A DNA stretch of 64,000 nt, taken from NCBI GenBank assembly GCA_976551045.1, contig CDPCPM010000073.1, positions 26,474,001 to 26,538,000 on the forward strand, read 5' to 3'. Made by a program: the position numbers and the translations under genes. The DNA is from Glaucostegus cemiculus (taxonomy: Eukaryota). Below are positions 61,217 to 64,000 of this stretch, one piece after another. The first letter of the stretch is position 1. Each line of letters opens with the position of its first letter. The notes under the pieces are model-generated. The model had not been told where the DNA came from and ran no database searches. It saw nothing but the letters and a program-made list of their open reading frames with translations.

Positions 61217-62782
61217 TAATTTTTAAAAATGTCAAATCTTGACGTGGAATTAAAAGGCAGAAACTAACTTTGAATGGATGTTTGAATTAGTAATTTGTTA
61301 AACAAAATACATCAAACTATCATGTGGGAAGAAAAAAATCCAATATGTACAGATCAAACCACCTGGTCTTTGCTGTAAAAATGTGCATTTCCAAGATACT
61401 ATAAAGGACAGATCTATTTTGAGTTGCTGTGACTCTTGTGATGCAACAGGATTTGTGGAGTGTTTTTTTGTGTGGAGGAAGTCCCTGGGAGTGGGTATCA
61501 TGGCTGATCTGGACCAATCATAAGGATATGGGAGCACTTCCAGTCTGTGTAGCTTCACACCAATTATACTTGATTGGTAGTTTTGTGAAGGATCATCCAG
61601 AAAGGGTGGCTGAATATTCTGATCTTGATTAGGATCACAAGATGACACTTATTTCCAGTTGAGAACCTCCTCTGCATACTAAGAATGGTGGTCATAAATT
61701 TGTTTTTCAGGCATAGAATTAACTAACACCACTCAGCCTGAACAGAACATTTTTCTCTGCATTTGTCCAGTTGTTTGGAAGCATGAGGCCAGGGAAATCA
61801 GCCCCATTTTTTTCCCCCAAACAACTAGAATAAACAGACAAATTGTGGTAATTAATGCTGCAAAGAAGGACAGACACTGAACTTCTACCTTGATGCTGTT
61901 GATTCCAGTGTATTTTCTTGTCTGAAAGCCTAACAGTGCATTAACATCACCTATGGGGGATGATGGTACATGAGCATGGGTTCGAGACTATTGATCCACA
62001 TGTAGATTGATTCTATACAATGTGATAGAAAGTGGTTTTAGCTACTTCAACTGGTACAGACAAAAATGAGCTGAATATAGCAGCCTCCTGTATCAAATTT
62101 TTTGTATGATTCTGCTTTCTTTTAGTTATGAGTTTAAATTTTACTATTGTAGCCAAGGAATTTAAATTGAAGTAATTTAATCTGGATTCCATCTAACAGT
62201 GCCTGTGCAACAGTTACTATTGGATTTCTGTAAAAACCCATTCAGTCAATAGTATTATTCATGGAAAGAAATCTGTCTTGGTTTGGCCTGTAAATTATTC
62301 TAGACCAAACAATGTGTTTGCCCCAGAGTTGAGGGAGCAGTTATGATTCAATCAGATGTACAGTAAGTGCTACCATTGCTAGTGAACAAATACATTTTTA
62401 AAAATAACAATCAATATAGATTTGCTTTTTCTCTCCTCCATTTTAGTGTGATACCAAATTAATTTAGCGAAACAAAATTTGAAATTGGGAATTTGAAATG
62501 TTTTTAATTCAAATATGGAAATACAAAATATTGGAAATCTCCAATTGCTCAGGCACTGTGTAAGAAAAAGATATAAGGTCATTTGACCACCTTTAGCCTT
62601 ACATTCAGGGTATTTGATGAAAGGTCATCGGCCTGAACTTGTTTTCCCTCCCCATTGATGTTGATGACCCTAATTTTTGTTTTAATGCCAGAATATTTGC
62701 TGGAATTTGAAAAGACTTCAATCCACAATTGTAAACAGAACTAAAAAGAAGCTAACTGGTTTGAATTTGAAAATATCTTTAG

Positions 62783-63073
<291 letters not shown>

Positions 63074-64000
63074 TGACTACTGAGATTAAACTCATTTTGA
63101 TTATAGTGCCCTTGGTCTTGCAGTATTAATTTTAGTTTTGCATACGTTTGAAGTAAGTTTTTATATATTTCAGTAAGTAGAATGAATATGTTTGATACCC
63201 TGCCAATTGGAGCTATGTGTAAGTTTTTAAGTTGCATTATGGGCTAAAGGGTTTGTTCCTGTGTTGTTCTGTTAGACCATGTGCAGGTGGATGGGTTTAG
63301 TGTAAATTGGCATAATGGTTAGCACAGACATCATGGTCCAAAGGACCTGTTCTTGTGCTGTACTTTTCTGTTTTCTTCAATGAAGAATAATTTTTAAAAG
63401 TTTGGGCAAGTACGTCAATCATTTGAACTGCCACTGTTTTTGTCATGTGATTTTATTGATTTGGTGCCTGAATAATCATGCCTATTAGCTTGATGTTTGA
63501 AGATTACAATATGCATAAAACCAAAATGTATTTTACTGTCTAAAAATCCCATTTGATAATGAAGCACAGCTCAAGGGGCCCCTCACAATCTGGCAGTGGG
63601 ATGCAGATGCCTCCAGTACTAAATGCTTTATTTTTGAAGAGTTTTTCTTCTCCTGCTCTCCTTGTCTTCCGTGACACTGCCTCATGCTTGGGTACCAGTC
63701 CATGGGCACCAGCTACATACTGTACCTGGTTGTTGTATGTAATTCTAACATGAAGGCATTATAGTTCAGCTCTACTTGGCCATGTCCTTGTTAAAGTTGA
63801 GCATTTTGTATCCAAGGTCAATGGAGTCATCATACGCTTATTACCATCCTTTCTCTCAACTGAAATATTCTATATTGTACCTTGTGTTTTTTGCATTGTT
63901 TCATTTTGCAATCTAATAGAGCAAAGGAATGCAGTTTTATGAAAATGTTTTATGAATATTTAATATTTTAATGTCAAAAGATGCTGTCCTTAAGAAAAAG

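Overview
Vertebrate nuclear DNA, very likely from a cartilaginous fish (probably a ray or skate-like batoid; inferred from its HE1/V-SINE, Deu-domain SINE, CR1 and Penelope repeats). The window is one + strand gene, SMG1 (PIKK-family kinase of nonsense-mediated decay). I traced 45 consecutive GT-AG coding exons from 11499 to 63027 (7515 nt, about 2505 codons, phases consistent, no internal stops). They cover the HEAT/FAT region, FRB-like domain and kinase domain; exon 1 and the 3' exons lie outside the window. Exon numbers follow my recollection of human SMG1. The introns hold mostly decayed repeats. The standout is a young 1.2 kb fold-back element at 2265-3460 in intron 1: a complete TG..CA LTR joined to an inverted copy of its own 5' half. 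The whole unit is flanked by one ATAA target-site duplication inside an older CR1, so it appears to have integrated using two copies of the same LTR end. Other candidates include a 67-nt near-perfect hairpin, a duplicated acceptor-like element on both sides of exon 26, a stop-free 96-nt intron, a possible cassette exon in intron 2, and Penelope hammerhead-ribozyme relics. Repeat boundaries are approximate, family names come from recalled motifs, and no searches were run.
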